Assembly: GCA_009602725.1 (NCBI GenBank)
Contig: WELB01000018.1
Location: 555,411-619,410, forward strand
DNA length: 64,000 nucleotides
Direction: 5' to 3'
Source: Spirogloea muscicola
Lineage: Eukaryota
Numbering within the stretch: position 1 is the stretch's first letter; each line of letters opens with the position of its first letter. Made by a program: the position numbers and the translations under genes. A model generated the notes under the pieces. It made no database searches. It was not told the origin of the DNA and saw nothing but the letters and a program-made list of their open reading frames with translations. Positions 29,281 to 52,018 of this stretch are shown here, one piece after another.

Positions 29281-29779
29281 AGCAGGAGAAAGAAAAGTGG
29301 CATCTCCCAATGAAGAAAAAGCAGGGAAGGTGGCGGCGGGCCGCCACCGCCATCGGCCCGCCGCGATGCCCACCTCCAGCCGGGCGGTCAGCCAAGTTGT
29401 CGCCCTGTGCTGGACACGTCTTGCTGCAGAGGTGGTTAACCTAAACCGTCCCTAATCCGTACAACCGTGGGCAGTGTCCGAGGGCTTCGATGACAATTTC
29501 CGACGTCACCTGCGGCTGGTGGCGCCAACGCTGGCAAATCAACAGGTTCACCTCTCCGGCGGCGAGATTGTCCAGGGCGAATCTTCTACGTAGGGACTTC
29601 CTGCCCCAATTGCAGGCAGTTTGTCGGGCACTGCAAGTCATACTTGTATACCACGCTCTGACTGCCTTACCCCCAGCTTCACACTCAAACCATTGTGGGG
29701 GACAGCAACGAAGGATCCACGCCGAATCCTGATGGGCGACTGCAACTGCGATGGACCCTCACTAGGTGGCAAATCTGCC

Positions 29780-30120
29780 AGGCTTCAATGCTGCCGGCTC
29801 CTTCGCCCAGGTATTTCGTATGAGGCTGGCGGTCTCGTCTCAGCGCTCTTTGGCTCACGCGGTCCACATGCACGCTGGACGCGCTATGGCTGCTGCCTCA
29901 GGGTCTCGAAGGAGTGCCGCTTTCCCTGCTCCGAGTTATTCTGATTTGCTGTTGCTCACTCGTGGATACTGAGTATCGATCTGCATCACAATGTGTCTTG
30001 GTGTGTAGTTTTGTCTTTCCGGGCACCGTTTTGTGGCCTTTGAGGCCTGCGGACATTGTCCATTGTTTTTTGGGCTGGCTCTGCTAGCCCATCTTCTCTC
30101 AGGGCGCGCCGTTCTCTCTC
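29780..30120 (+). mobile_element. CRE-like 3' end (tail type B)
   Basis: FNAAGSFAQVFRMRLAVSSQRSLA...SYSDLLLLTRGY* (stop 29972), then a ttgtccatt...gggctggc...agccc tail. Confidence 0.75.
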
Positions 30121-30954
30121 AATATGGTGTAACAGTTACTATAACCACATCTTGTTCTCCGTACGCTGCCACCCGCTGCCGACGCTGCCTTCACCGACAC
30201 GTGGCGGACGCTCAACAGTCGTGAATGAGGTCATTGCGAAATGCATTGAATTGCGTTGAATCAGGTCATTGAAATAACTGCGCCCAAAAGAAGGAAGGAA
30301 GAAGTAGCATTTCTTCCACGTTTCTCCGGGCTCCTTTGGACTTACGCATTCATTGTTGGCTGGCTTTTCCGAGCCCTTGCCCCCTTGGGAACAGCTGCTT
30401 CTTCCAGAGGGGCGATGGCTGTGAAAGGCCAGCCCAATAAATACGTTAATGAGGTCTGAAGGTGCCAGAAGTGCGCAAAGCCCAAAAGCGAGGACCCGTA
30501 TAGGAAGAAGAGTACTCACTGAGCTCGGAGGCTCTATGACTATGCTTCACAACCTGCGATGTGGCTGCAGAAGAGCATCCTACTGACCCTACTGACCATT
30601 GACGCAGCTTGGTCGACGTCTGGGGCGCCAAGCGCGCTCGCCGGGGCTCTCCCTATGAGAGGGGCTCTTTCCCAATAGCCAACAGTCTCGCAGGCAGATC
30701 TTATTGATTCCTTTCATTGCGCTTTCCGGCACCTTCAGACCTGTCCATTTCTTTTGGGCTGGTCTCTCACAGCCATCAAACGTCTGCTTCTTTTGGGCTG
30801 GCCTTTTACAGCAGCACACACAAAGCAGACGAAGTGTTGAGACTGAAGTTGCTTAATTCCAGATCACGCCGTACTGTCACACAACGAAGGCGCAATCAAA
30901 TGATACGGCACAATGGTGATGGAGGCCAACCTGGATGCATGGGTGTGACAGAAA

Positions 30955-31290
30955 GGCGCGCGGTGCGCGCATGAGAATGAAAGGGAGGCTAAGTCGAGCC
31001 TCACAAAGTCCTGGTAACGGGGCAATAAGCTGGCTAAGGGGTTCCCTCGTAAACCCACGAGTTAGCACAGAAATATCCGACAAGCTAAGCTGAGGAGCCA
31101 GAGCACCACCACGCAAGCCATGCGCCTGGCCTAGTGCGCGCTCAGCACGCTGGTGTGTCGCGAGTGCCTAGGAGCGCTGTGTACTTAACGGAAGCTGCAC
31201 ACCATAGCAAGCATTTACTGCTTGCGGGACACTAGAATGCCCTAAGCTACCCGCCCGACTACGTCGGCGGGCATCGACAGAACGAAGGAG
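30955..31290 (-). mobile_element. CRE-like 3' end (tail type C)
   Basis: RGGALAPQLSLSDISVLTRGF plus a type C tail; homologous to 35050-35470. Confidence 0.7.
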
Positions 31291-31759
31291 CAACTGGGAA
31301 TCGTGGCTGTCACTTGTGCTAGACGGCCCCCATGCAAGGCGTGTCGAAGCTGGCCTTCACCCCTGGCGGGGGGCTTGTCGTGCAATACGTGGCGGTGGCT
31401 TATTGATGTTTACCTGTCCAAGATTGCTGACCTAGCTGGACGCATAGCTCGAGCTGTTATACTTCTGAACCGAAAATGATGTCAAAGATGGGGACCTTCT
31501 CCAACCCATGTCAAGGTTGAACGCTCGCGTTGTGATCGTGTGTACAATGACGGCGGAACAACGACAAGGGCCAGGACCCACGCATGACGCCTACCTCCAC
31601 TTTTATCTTCTGAGCCGCAACGAAGTAAACCAATCAGAAAGAGCACCTTGACCCCCAACAAGGACCGTGTAATGGGGCGCTAAAAAAGGGGTTGTGTGTT
31701 TCAGCGCTTTTCGTCCTTTTTTCATTCTCTCTGTTTCGAGAGCAGAGCTCATTCAAAGG

Positions 31760-31950
31760 AGGCGAGGACTGTGAAAAGCAAGCCTGAATTAAGTTGAAAG
31801 GTCCAGAGGGGCCTGAAGTTGCTGAAACACACTATTATGCAAGTACCATGTAGGATAAGCACCTAGTAACCTCTAGTTAGCAGCCGAAGTCAGATAGACT
31901 AGCCGCCGGAAAGCAGTCCCCTTGACGAAAGCCAGAGGCTGCAGAGAGAG
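31760..31950 (-). mobile_element. CRE-like 3' end (type B, degenerate)
   Basis: ALSAASGFRQGDCFPAASLSDF followed by ctaactagaggttactag (LTRGY*) and a degenerate B tail. Confidence 0.6.
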
Positions 31951-32469
31951 CATCGAGCAGTTTTTTCTGGTCACTGGTGCAGAGCACTCTGCTTGTGTTG
32001 GCGAGGACCTTGTGCCGTGCAATGTGCACGGAGATTTGCTGCAGCGCCCAGAAGTTCGTCTTGTTCCCCTCCAGGAGGAACTCCCGGTGCTCAGTGCGCA
32101 TGTAGGTGTCGCTGCACGCCAGCTGCTCTGAAGGGCCCTACAGGGGGCTGCGGCATTGCAGAAGACTGGACTGCTTTGGACGAGCTCTTTTCCTTGTTGC
32201 TCAAGCTTGTCATGCCACAGGACGTCGATTGCCATATAATATTGATTGTCAGATGGACACAAATAAATCACCGACGGTATATCGCACGACAAGCTGCGGT
32301 TGGGTGCTCCTAATTTTCCGGCGCAGGCCTGCCAGGTGCCGACTCGTCGGCAAGCAGGCGGGTTGAGTCAGCAGGCAGCACCCCACTCTGCATTTCTGGC
32401 GGGCAGGGAAGGGTGCCGTGTCTACAACGAGCGCCTGGCCCGGTCAGCCTAGCGGGTTGACCCCCCGTC

Positions 32470-32675
32470 ATCAGAAAGCTGGTCGAGCGTTAGCTGGTAG
32501 CACACGAGCTTGTCGATTGTCGTCCCGGTATTCGGGCATCAATTAGCGACCTCTATGTGCTGACTCGTGGTTACTGAGCGGGTCAGCTTAGCAGCAGGTG
32601 ATGTACATTTGTCAATGTGCTTACCTTGTACTTGGCCTCACAGGCCCTCCATCTTTAATAAAATACTCCATTTCC
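32470..32675 (+). mobile_element. CRE-like 3' end (tail type A)
   Basis: HQKAGRALAGS...SDLYVLTRGY* and an A tail nearly identical to 22795-23000. Confidence 0.75.
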
Positions 32676-33539
32676 CGTTGATACCCCGGAAACACTCAGA
32701 CGGCGTCCGCCACGTCGGGGCACGGTGAGAAGCCCGCCAGCCGGGTGGGCCAGAATTAAGAAAAAATATTGTGAGCCAGATTAATGAAGGAATCTTACTA
32801 TTAGCCAGCCCAAAGGAATGTACAAGTTCTGAAAAGGCCGGAAGGCGCCAAAACATGTGAGTACTCTCGTGACTACTTTCATGGATTTTGCGAGTGAATG
32901 CTCAATGAACTCTAGTCAGCAAGTGCACATCAGAATGACTAGAGGGCCGAAAAGCGTCGCCCTGTCAAAAGCCGGAGGCAGCGGCCAAGGTGCAGCCTAC
33001 CCGCCAGCAGGTGCACGGCAAAAGACAAGGACCGCTGCAGGAGAATGGCAAGGCGCTATGACAGAACACGTAGCCGCCGTGTATCCTGCCTCTGTCTTTG
33101 AAAGCGCACTGATTGTTTTGTACTTACTGCTCTACGATATGACCAACCCATCCAGACCTTTATTGCCATCACGCCTGGCGGTGGTCCTCGATTCGTACAA
33201 CTAGCTGCAAGTTAGTCCGACTTGCGGCTGCGGATTCGGGGTTACTTAGATCCTGTTCGCTGGAGCCACTTGCATAGCTGTGTGGTCTTAGCCCCTTTTC
33301 GGCCCTTAAGTAATTGTCCACTTTTTGCGGGCTGGCTTCTTACAGCCCTCGCCTTCTTCGAAGGAGCCCCTATTTTTCCTTCAAAGGAAGGCGAAGGCTG
33401 TGAGAGGCCAGCCCAAAGGGAATAAACAAGGTCCGGAAAGGGCCGGCATCAGTCAATGACGTGGTCGCAACATGGTCATGATGGACACCTACGACCCTCA
33501 GAACTCCCGCAGCGATCATCTCCTACCGGCGGCCATCCC

Positions 33540-33925
33540 CACACATTCGGCTGCATGGGCCCCCGCTTTCACACCTTGCTGGAGAAGATTGCAAGCTTGG
33601 GATATGCACGTCGTGAGGATATGCTTCCAGCTCAGCTGGGCATGCCGGCAGCCTTCTTGTCGTTCTTGCGATGTCGAGTATCAGTTTGTCTGCAGCGAGC
33701 TCAGGCTCATGCATTGCATCAAAAAGCTGGTCGAGCCTTAGCTGGTAGCTCTAGAGGTTGTCGAGTGCTGTCCGGTATTCGGGCATCAGTTAGTGACCTC
33801 TATGTGCTGACTCGTGGTTACTGAGCGGGTCAGCTTAGCAGCAGGGTGACGTACATTTGTCAATGTGCTTACCTTGTACTTGGCCACACATGGCCCTCCA
33901 TCTCTTAATACACTCTCCTTTCCTT
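33540..33925 (+). mobile_element. CRE-like 3' end (tail type A)
   Basis: TFGCMGPRFHTLL...RVSVCLQRAQAHALHQKAGRALA...SDLYVLTRGY* (stop 33824) plus an A tail. Confidence 0.78.
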
Positions 33926-34379
33926 CTCAGAACTTGGTCCCAACTGCTGAGGAGGCCGGGCACGCGGTCGCCAAGAATGCAGTCGCCAAGGAGAACAAGT
34001 CTGCGGACCATCACACAGGAAGCAGGTCTGTCGTTTCTTCTGATCTCGACTTTTCAGATGTGTCGAACAATCTTGAAGGCGCATTGAGAATTGACTGCAT
34101 CCTCGCCTCCAAGGGGCTGCTTCAGGTCAACAACTCCGTGATATCATCAACCGTGATATCATCAACCAGGACTGGAGGCCTTCAGGTTGGTCTTCTAGGG
34201 TGGTGACGGCTGGGCGCGCCCATGCCGATCAATCTGACGCCCAGTTTGCACCACTTTCACATGAATCACGACCTTTCATCACCGTCCTTTTGGGTCAGCC
34301 TATCTACGACCATTGCACCCTCTTGAGAGCTTCTTGCCTTCTGCAGTTTTGGGCTGGCCTCACACAGCCATTGCCTCAT

Positions 34380-36515
34380 CATAGTGGAAGCTTCTTTTCC
34401 TGCAGCTAACAATGAGCAGCCGCTTCTCGTATTGTGCAAAGAGATCCCTATCATTGGCCCATCGGCTCCTGTGGCTGTGCTTTGGCTCTCAACTCAGCCT
34501 GTCCGGTTATACGTGCTCACTCGTGAGTACTGCAGCCAGCTACGGCCGTGCCCTCCTTCCCTAAACCCTAAGTCCCTCTTAGTCAGAAACTCCTGCAGCT
34601 TCGGCCTTGCCTTGGCAACTCTTGACCAGCTTATTTATGCTTTGTGTAGCCCCATTCTGTGCGCTTTCCGCCTTGTTCTGCAAGAACAGAAAGATTGCCT
34701 CCCTCATTTCACAGGCAGCGCGCGCCTCCTTATCCTATGCCTGATCAGAAAACTAATCTTCTAGTCCTGCATGGGAAGGAAGGCGCGCGGTGCGCATGAA
34801 ATTGGAAGGGAGGAAACTTCGTGCTATTGATGCTGCCTCTGGGTCTCGTTGCGGTGCCTCTTTTCCAGCTGCAAATTACTCCGACTCGCTGATGCCAACC
34901 CGGGTTACTAAGCTCCCTCCCGCTATCGTCTCGTGCATAGCTGTGTGGTTTAAGCGCCTTTCGGCTTTCGGCTCTTTGGACCTCGTCCATTTTTTTTGGG
35001 CTGGCCTTTCTCAGCCACCTTTTACATTGGGCGCGCTTTCTACTTTAACTCGAGCCTTACAAACGTCCTGGTAACAGGGCGATGATCCCTGTTACCATTG
35101 GGCGAGCAATTTCATTCAATGAGCTGGCTAAGGAGAGGAAGTGCTCGCCCATAGAGCTGGCTAAGGGGACACTGATATCCTCGAGTGAGCACATACCTAT
35201 CTGACAAGCTAAGCTGAGGAGCCAGACCACCACCACGGAAGCCGTTAGCCTGGCCTGATGCACGCCCAGCACGCAATGTGCTTACCTTTGTATTTGGCCT
35301 CACAGGCCCCTCAGCTCTTAAAAAGAGAAACACACTCCTCGCTGGTGCATCGCGAGTGCCTCGGAGCGCTGCAGACTCAATGAAAGCCGCATTCTATAGC
35401 AAGCAACAATGGCTTGCTTGACGCTAGGAAAGCCCTGAGCTACCCGCTCAACAACGTAGGCGGGCATCGACATGTTGTGGGAAGGGTGCCGCGGCCAGGT
35501 GCCCCGAGCACCAGCCTGGTGCGGCTCGCGGAAGCAAGCGCGGCCAGATTGACTGGTGGTGGAAACGGCGGCGGCGACCAAACCCCGATGAGGTCTGTTT
35601 GCAGCGTGCTCAGGCTAATGCCTTGCACTAGAATGGACTATTGTCCATTCTTTTTGGGCTGGCTTTGCCAGCTGCTCTTCTCTATGGGCGAGCACTTCTC
35701 TTGCACTAGGAAGCTAGACGAGCTCTCTAGTGCAAGAGAGGACCAACCGGTGGGCGACGATTTGTTTCCCTTGCAGTCGACGTACACGGGGCCTTTGGCG
35801 CAAAGTGGCTCGACTTGCTTCACCGCCTTGCGCAGCAGGCCGCGGCCCGCCGCCACGGGCAGCAGGGCGAGCAGCCCGGCTTCAATGTCGCCGGGTCCCT
35901 CGCGCAGGTCTTCCGCATGCGGTTGGCCGTCTCGCTTCAGCGGTCCCTTGCGTTCGCAGTCCACTTGCGCGCAGGCCGAGCTTTGGCGGCGGCCTCCGGC
36001 TTCCGTCAGGGCGACGTCTTTCCCCCGGCTAGCTACTCCGACTTGCATCTCCTGCCTAGATGTTACTGAGCGTCCTCTGGCTGATGTCTTCGTCCTAGTC
36101 CAAAGGCATGGACTGTAGTGTAGCTCCAGAAAGTGCGCGCCCATAGAGAAAGGGGGCCAGCAAAGCCAGCCCAGAAAGGATGGACAATGTCAAAAGCCGG
36201 AAAAAACAAAAAACACACAGCTAGGCAGCGAGAGAATAAGACACGACGAAATCACAGGAAGCTCAATACCCCCGGGTGAGCAACATCAAGTCGGAGTAGC
36301 TCGACGCAGCCAGTTGGTGGTAGAAGAAAGAAAGAAAGAAGTAGAAGGGCTTCGTATCTGACATCTAGTATTCAGGCATCGATTAGCGACCTTTGTGTTT
36401 TGACCCATGGCTACTGAGCGGGTCAATCTGCTGTCGGTTATGTACGTCATTAAGATGTGCTTGCCTTTGTACCTGGCCATTTGGCCTTCGTTTGTTTCAA
36501 ATACACGAACATTCT
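34380..36515. mobile_element. Cluster of nested CRE-like 3' fragments (types A, B and C on both strands)
   Basis: B+ at 34820-35045; C- at 35050-35470, interrupted by a mini-A at 35273-35339; B+ tail ~35635-35715; B-type ORF end 35790-36069 (FNVAGSLAQVFRMRLAVSLQRS...SYSDLHLLPRCY*); B- tail ~36125-36230; A+ ~36345-36515. Confidence 0.72.
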
Positions 36516-37032
36516 ATTTGCCTTGTTCTGCATGAACAGCCATACTAGCTAGGTCTGGCCTCCCTCATTGAATGCTCAGCGCGCGACCCCTGATCCACGA
36601 TGGTGAGGGCACCGGGCCAGGTGCCCCGAGCACCAGCCTGGTGCGGCTCGCGGAAGCGGCGGCGGCGATCAAACCCCGGCGAGCCCCCACCATTGTTAAT
36701 TTCATTATTCCTTCATTCAAAACTCGCAAGCTCCCTAGCAAGCTGGCCATGGCGCCCGGCCGCCGCCGAGCCTCCGCGCGCCACGCCGCCCGCGCCGGCT
36801 CTCACGGCGGCTCTCGCGGCGGCTCTCGCGGCCGGCGGCGCCTGCCGCGCCGCTGCCATTTGGCTGTGGCGCCTTACGCTCGTTCGGCCGCTTCAATTTC
36901 AACGCAGTAGGACGGCTTCGTGAGGTCCTGATGTCGGACCTCGGCCGACGGAGGCGCAGAATGTGCTGACGCCGCGGCAAGACCCGAGCGTGGGAGGCAA
37001 GACGGGCGGGCCCGCCACGACGTCAGGGCCAC

Positions 37033-39599
37033 ATGGGAGGCTGCCTGTCTGGCCCCCAGGGGCCGGACTGGCCGCATGACCTGCCGTCCAGTCAGTCTGA
37101 CGTCAGCAGACCTGCGGCTCCCAAGCCCTCCCTGGCGATCGAAACCGCCGACCTGACCTTGCGGCTGAGTTCACCTGCCTCGCCAGGTATCTCAGGTCCC
37201 CTGCGCTTAGTTGTTCTGAAGAATACTTGGCAACATGGAGCACACCCTTCGCGGCAACCGAGCATGCTGGCCGGCTCGATGGTTGTTTCTCGTCAAGATA
37301 TCGCTGTCAAGTGATCATGCATGTTGGCCTGAAAGGCTGGTGATGCAGTAGGTGCATACTGAATGCAGCAAGTCCAAGTGCTCAAGGAGCACTTGCACCT
37401 TCTGTGGACGAGCTCAGCTCAGGATATTGGTTCGATCAGTGTGGAGTATAGGCACCTGGGTCTGCATCAGCTTCTGTCGATCAGATTATGTCGTACTGAC
37501 TGTGATACTTACGATGCTCCCGACTTGCCATGATCCACCTCAGCTGCGTCATCCTACCAAGGTGAGGCGCTCACGCCGACGCAGTCGCGTGGCTTCAACA
37601 GCTCGTTTGAACTTCCAAGCCACGAGTCCAGTCACTTGATGGTCTACACCTACCAGGAGCTGGCTATGGCAACCAATTTTTTCGCAGATGAAAACAAGCT
37701 TGGAGAAGGTGGCTTTGGCTCAGTATACAAGGCAGCTTTGCACGTTGACTCAGACTTGCCAGGTGTCAGTGAGGCAGTGGCTATCAAGAGCCTAAATGCG
37801 GAGTCCCAGCAGGGCCACAAAGAGTTCATGGTGAGAATGATGCCTAATAAGAAGCATGTGTAGGTCACGATGCTGCCTTTGTTGTCGAACAATCTCCTCA
37901 TTGGTTCAGTTCAGGATTCTTGCTTAGGCGTGCGATGGGCTATGCAATGATTTGATGATGCTTTGCAAGCGCCACTACATTACAAAGGATGCCCCAGAGG
38001 CTGCTTGCTGTGCCTGACTTGGAGGAACTTGCCTCCAGTCTTATCCTTCACATGCATGCTTTAATTGTGTGAGCTAGTCATTTTGGTTCATGCTGTTGGC
38101 CACGTGTCTTTCTGTTGCAGGCAGAAGTAAATTTTCTGGGAGCACTGAGGCATCCCAACCTTGTGCAACTCATTGGTTATTGTGCTCAGAAAAGCAAGCG
38201 GTGCCTGGTGTACAGATTCATGCCGCGGGGTAGTCTGGAGCAAATAATCTTCAATCGTAAGTACTGCTGATTCGTGCAACTTCCACATGTAATGACGCGC
38301 ACATGTGCTTGAAGCACCTGGAAGCTGTCAAATTCTGGCTTGGATATTCCTGAAATAGTCATCATCTGGTAAAGCATTGAGGACAACAGTGCCCAACAAT
38401 AGTACACGTGATTCACCGTATGGCTGCAGGGGAAGCTGAGGTGCTGCCGTGGTCCTTACGTCTCCGTATCCTTTTGGATGCTGCGTCGGGGATGGCCTTC
38501 CTGCACTCGGGAGCCGGCAGTCAAGTCATCTATAGGGACTTCAAGTCCTCCAACGTGCTCATTGACGAGGTGATGGGCATGAGTATCCCTCATGTGATGT
38601 TGACGAGTAAGTATGGCAAGAGTATCCTACCAGCAGTGCCACGCTGCCAACGAATGTCTCGCCTTCACGGCAGGTGCTGATGACTTTAGCTAGCGACAGG
38701 TAGTCAACTGGGCAAGGGAATTCTAGCTGGTTGGCTTCTAACGGAAGGAAAACATCTTGCATTCAGGATTGGTCAGCTAGGCTCGCCGACTTTGGCTTGG
38801 CCAAGGACGGCCCAGCTGGCGAGGAAACACATGTCACGACAAGAGTAGTTGGGACCCATGGCTATGTAGCTCCTGAGTACATTCGCACTGGTAAGGGTGT
38901 GTCTTTTGCAGCGAAATGATAAGAAGCAAGGTTCTATGTCGTGAAGAGCTTTAGAGAGTTGTGTATCTGATATGGAGCATCTGATTCAGCCCACCTTCAT
39001 AGCCACGTGTTGCTGTACCACGAGCTCTGTAAACTTTGATGACGCCTTCATAGCAGAGTGTGAGCAGTTGCATTTTGCTTCTTCTGAAACATATTCTGCA
39101 CTAGCTTGACAGTCATAGTTCTTGTAAGAGGAGTTGAGGAGAAAATTATCATCAAGATGTGTTGCCTGTTCAAGAGGCCGGAACTATGAGTCACATGGAT
39201 GGAGTGCGTGGGGGTTGACGTAAAAGAAGTACTTCTGGTGTTGATGCAGGCCACCTTACAGCAAAGAGCGACGTCTACAGTTTTGGAGTAGTCATACTTG
39301 AGCTCCTAAGTGGCAGAAGGTGCTCTGAGCCAGACCTTCCGCCTCTGCGCGAGAACCTTGTCAAATGGGCTGCTTATGCCCTCAAAGACAAGTCCCGTAT
39401 ACATGACTTCATGGATCCCCGGCTGAAAGGAGATTTTGATGCACAGCAAGCTGGGAAGGTGGCCACGCTCGCCCAGTTCTGCATACTAGTGGACGCGTCA
39501 CGTCGGCCTGCCATGCTGGATGTTGTGGGTGTCCTGGCAGCACTTCAAGGGCTCAATGCTGACCGGAAGGCGACCCCTTCTAAGAGCAGCACTCAATAG
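37033..39599 (+). CDS. Receptor-like cytoplasmic kinase, RLCK-VII (PBL/BIK1-like)
   Basis: Starts MGGCLS. Exons encode [11 protein letters not shown]...[59 protein letters not shown]...[18 protein letters not shown] and [14 protein letters not shown]. Stop at 39599. Confidence 0.93.
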
Positions 39600-42439
39600 G
39601 CGACAGACAACCACCAGTATTAGACCTGTCGAGTCACGTGCAGAGCTTGCAAGCCGAAAAGCGGAGCAAGTCTTATCAAGCATGAGAAGATGACGATGGC
39701 TGCAAGCGGATTAGGGGTTGAAGAGGCTCAAAATGCCTGTCAGCTACAGTTTCAGGCACAGCTGCAAGGCACCGCAACCTACCTGTGAAGCCGAGATTTC
39801 CGCAGGCCATGGCTTCACCTTCTGTCCCAGATCAAGGTCATTGTGACTTACCTCGCAGCATTATTGCAAAAGCGTGCTGCTCTTGTTGATGCTGCGGCCC
39901 TTAGCTTTGTCACTTGGTGACCTGATATGACTGAAATGCTGTATGGCAGGCAACACTCACCAGACAGGCACCTACCTCAGAGCCAACGTGCAGGCCGGGA
40001 TGACATTCCTTTGGATACTTCATTTCAAGAGATGCAAGTGGGATCTGGCTTGACCTCCTGAGCTCACAGGCTTGGTGCTGATATTTCAAGAGGTGGAGGA
40101 AAGCTCGCTGTCCTGAATCGCCACAAGAATACATTCCTGATTTTTGATATCTCCTGATATCGCTTGATATCTCCCCTATCAGGAGATGTGTTTTGGTGGG
40201 CTGAATCTGTTGTCGACGGCTTTTCTTACCAAGCTGTTTGGCCGGCCCTCGTTATCTGATTCCAGAGCATGGGCACAGCAGCAGGCAATGTGATACATGA
40301 GCATTACTGTGAGTGGTACTGTGTCACACTCGGACAAGTACTCAGATTGCATTGAATGCATAGTGCTGAAGGAGCACTGTACATAAAATGGTTTGGCATC
40401 ACATTGGATAGTGTTTTCGTTATGGCTTTTTCACCACACTGTGACTCTGCCCTGACTGAAGTGGTAGAGTTGAATGAGCAGAGTGGGCAGCACAGAGCTA
40501 GAACTCTGGTGGAATTTAGTTGCGCTCCTTTAGAAAGGCATTGATAGCACAAGCAGCTAGCTAAGCTTGGCAGCAGATGCATGATATGTCATACATTTGA
40601 GAAGCTGCTTTCATGCGTGCTTCTGCCTTCACATTGACTTTCTCTCCCTGTCAGTGCTGCTTTTGCCTCAAATAGGAGCATAGTGGCATGTCAAAAGAGC
40701 AGTGGCATGTATGTATGTCTTCTTGACCAAAATTGCGTTGTTAATTTCATAGTTGCACCAACTTTGATTGACTCCATTCATTCTTCTTATTCTATTTTCT
40801 AATGCGTATAATGCCTCAGGTCACGTGGTTGTTGAAGCTCCTGCTCAAGCTTCATCAGATGCTACTTACTAGGTCTTGAGATACTTAGAAGATATAAGTA
40901 TGTGATGGGAGACTCACAACATAAGCCATATTATCTGATCCATGGCCTCCAACCACGAAATAGTTGACACCCTTTGATCTATCCCAAAAGTCCCACACTA
41001 ACAAATGCGAGCTCACTTCGCTCAACAGACTCCGCTGACTTGGACGGGTGGCCAACATGTGATCTTACTCACAGCTCCCTTATTGGTGCGCATCAATCTG
41101 GATGTCTTTGGCGGTCAGGTGGCCTTGATGATCTGGCTTGAAGCTGTTTAGAGGACATGTACATAATGTCCTGAACGAAGTCTTTGAGATCAGCGAGTGA
41201 ACATCCTTGATGCCAGCACTGCCTAGCCTGCTTGCATGACTTCAGAATTGCCCCTCTGCAGCCTTTTCCTTCTCTCAGTGTCTCCGTGTCAATGAAAGTC
41301 TACTACAGGAAAGAGCATCAATAAGTAGAATCACATTGCTCCTCACATTTGCCATGTCAAACTACAATCTGGCTTGGACAATCCCCAGTTACCATCGCTT
41401 GGTGCAATCTTTGTATCACTGGCTGTATAGAAGGCATACAAGCAGCCCACCACGAGCAAGCCAAGTATGTATTCGATCGTACTCTACTTGTTCTGTTAAA
41501 AAAATGGAGCTGTGGGATGGCTTTCTCACCAATCACTCTGGAACACATTCTGTAGGTTGTCTGATCTCCCCAGCTGGCCCTCGCAGCCACTGCCTCTTAT
41601 GATGACCACGAAGGACTCTCTCATCATGCAATACCCCTGAGTACTTGTCCACCTTAACAAGCAAGTGCGGATGCGCCCTTGTCACCGCAGCCAAGTCCAA
41701 CCAATGCACACTTCCCGAGCGTGAGTTCTTCTGAGGAATACAGAAGGCCACAAAGGCCGCTAGTCCACTTACGCCAGTACTTGCACAAAGCCCAGCACTG
41801 CCAGCACTACGGTGGCGGCAGCATTGTAGGGCACACGCGCTGGTGCCCCCTGGCGCACCACCCGTGACGCGCGACTCACAGACAAGGCCAAGTGGGCTGC
41901 TCCAACAACAGCCCCTGGCGGTGCTGCTGGCTCCGCTTTGTCCCAGAGCGGCACGCTATGCTTGGCCATGCAGTCACCATTGCCAGGATCTCGGCTGCCA
42001 CCGACGTCCTCAGGTGCAAGCAGCTTCGCAGCAGCACAGGCAGCTGCCAAAATCATGGCAGGCGGCTCGGCAGACCACGACCATGTCCATGGCAGCCTGC
42101 TCGCTGCAAGCCCCGGCGTGAATGTGAATCTCGAGGTGGACTGTCCTCGTCACTCTTGCTTGCAATTCTGCACTATCAACGGTGAGAGCATCTATTGATG
42201 TGCAGCCCAGCTTGGCATTCTGCCAAAAATATTTTGACGTGATACTGCACTCGAGATGAACTAGGAGCACACTGCACTGAGCTAGAGCCTCTGCGGAAAG
42301 GTGGACGACCTGCGCACTGGCATGTGCAACTAAGATTCAGCAGCAGGCATGTAAATTTGTCTGCAGCCCTTCTTAGTGGTGGCACGTGTCTAGCAGCTAC
42401 CTACAATGAATGAAGGAATAGTTGGTGAGTGCAAGAGCT

Positions 42440-52018
<9,579 letters not shown>

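Noticed and set aside
34558..34572. ccctaaaccctaa, plant telomere-like repeat
   Set aside because: Only about two units; not enough to claim an interstitial telomere or telomere targeting.
39600..42400. Short ORFs between the kinase and ECA3 (similar ones at 16600-18500 and 52600-54200)
   Set aside because: No recognisable motifs or coherent splice structure; left unassigned.
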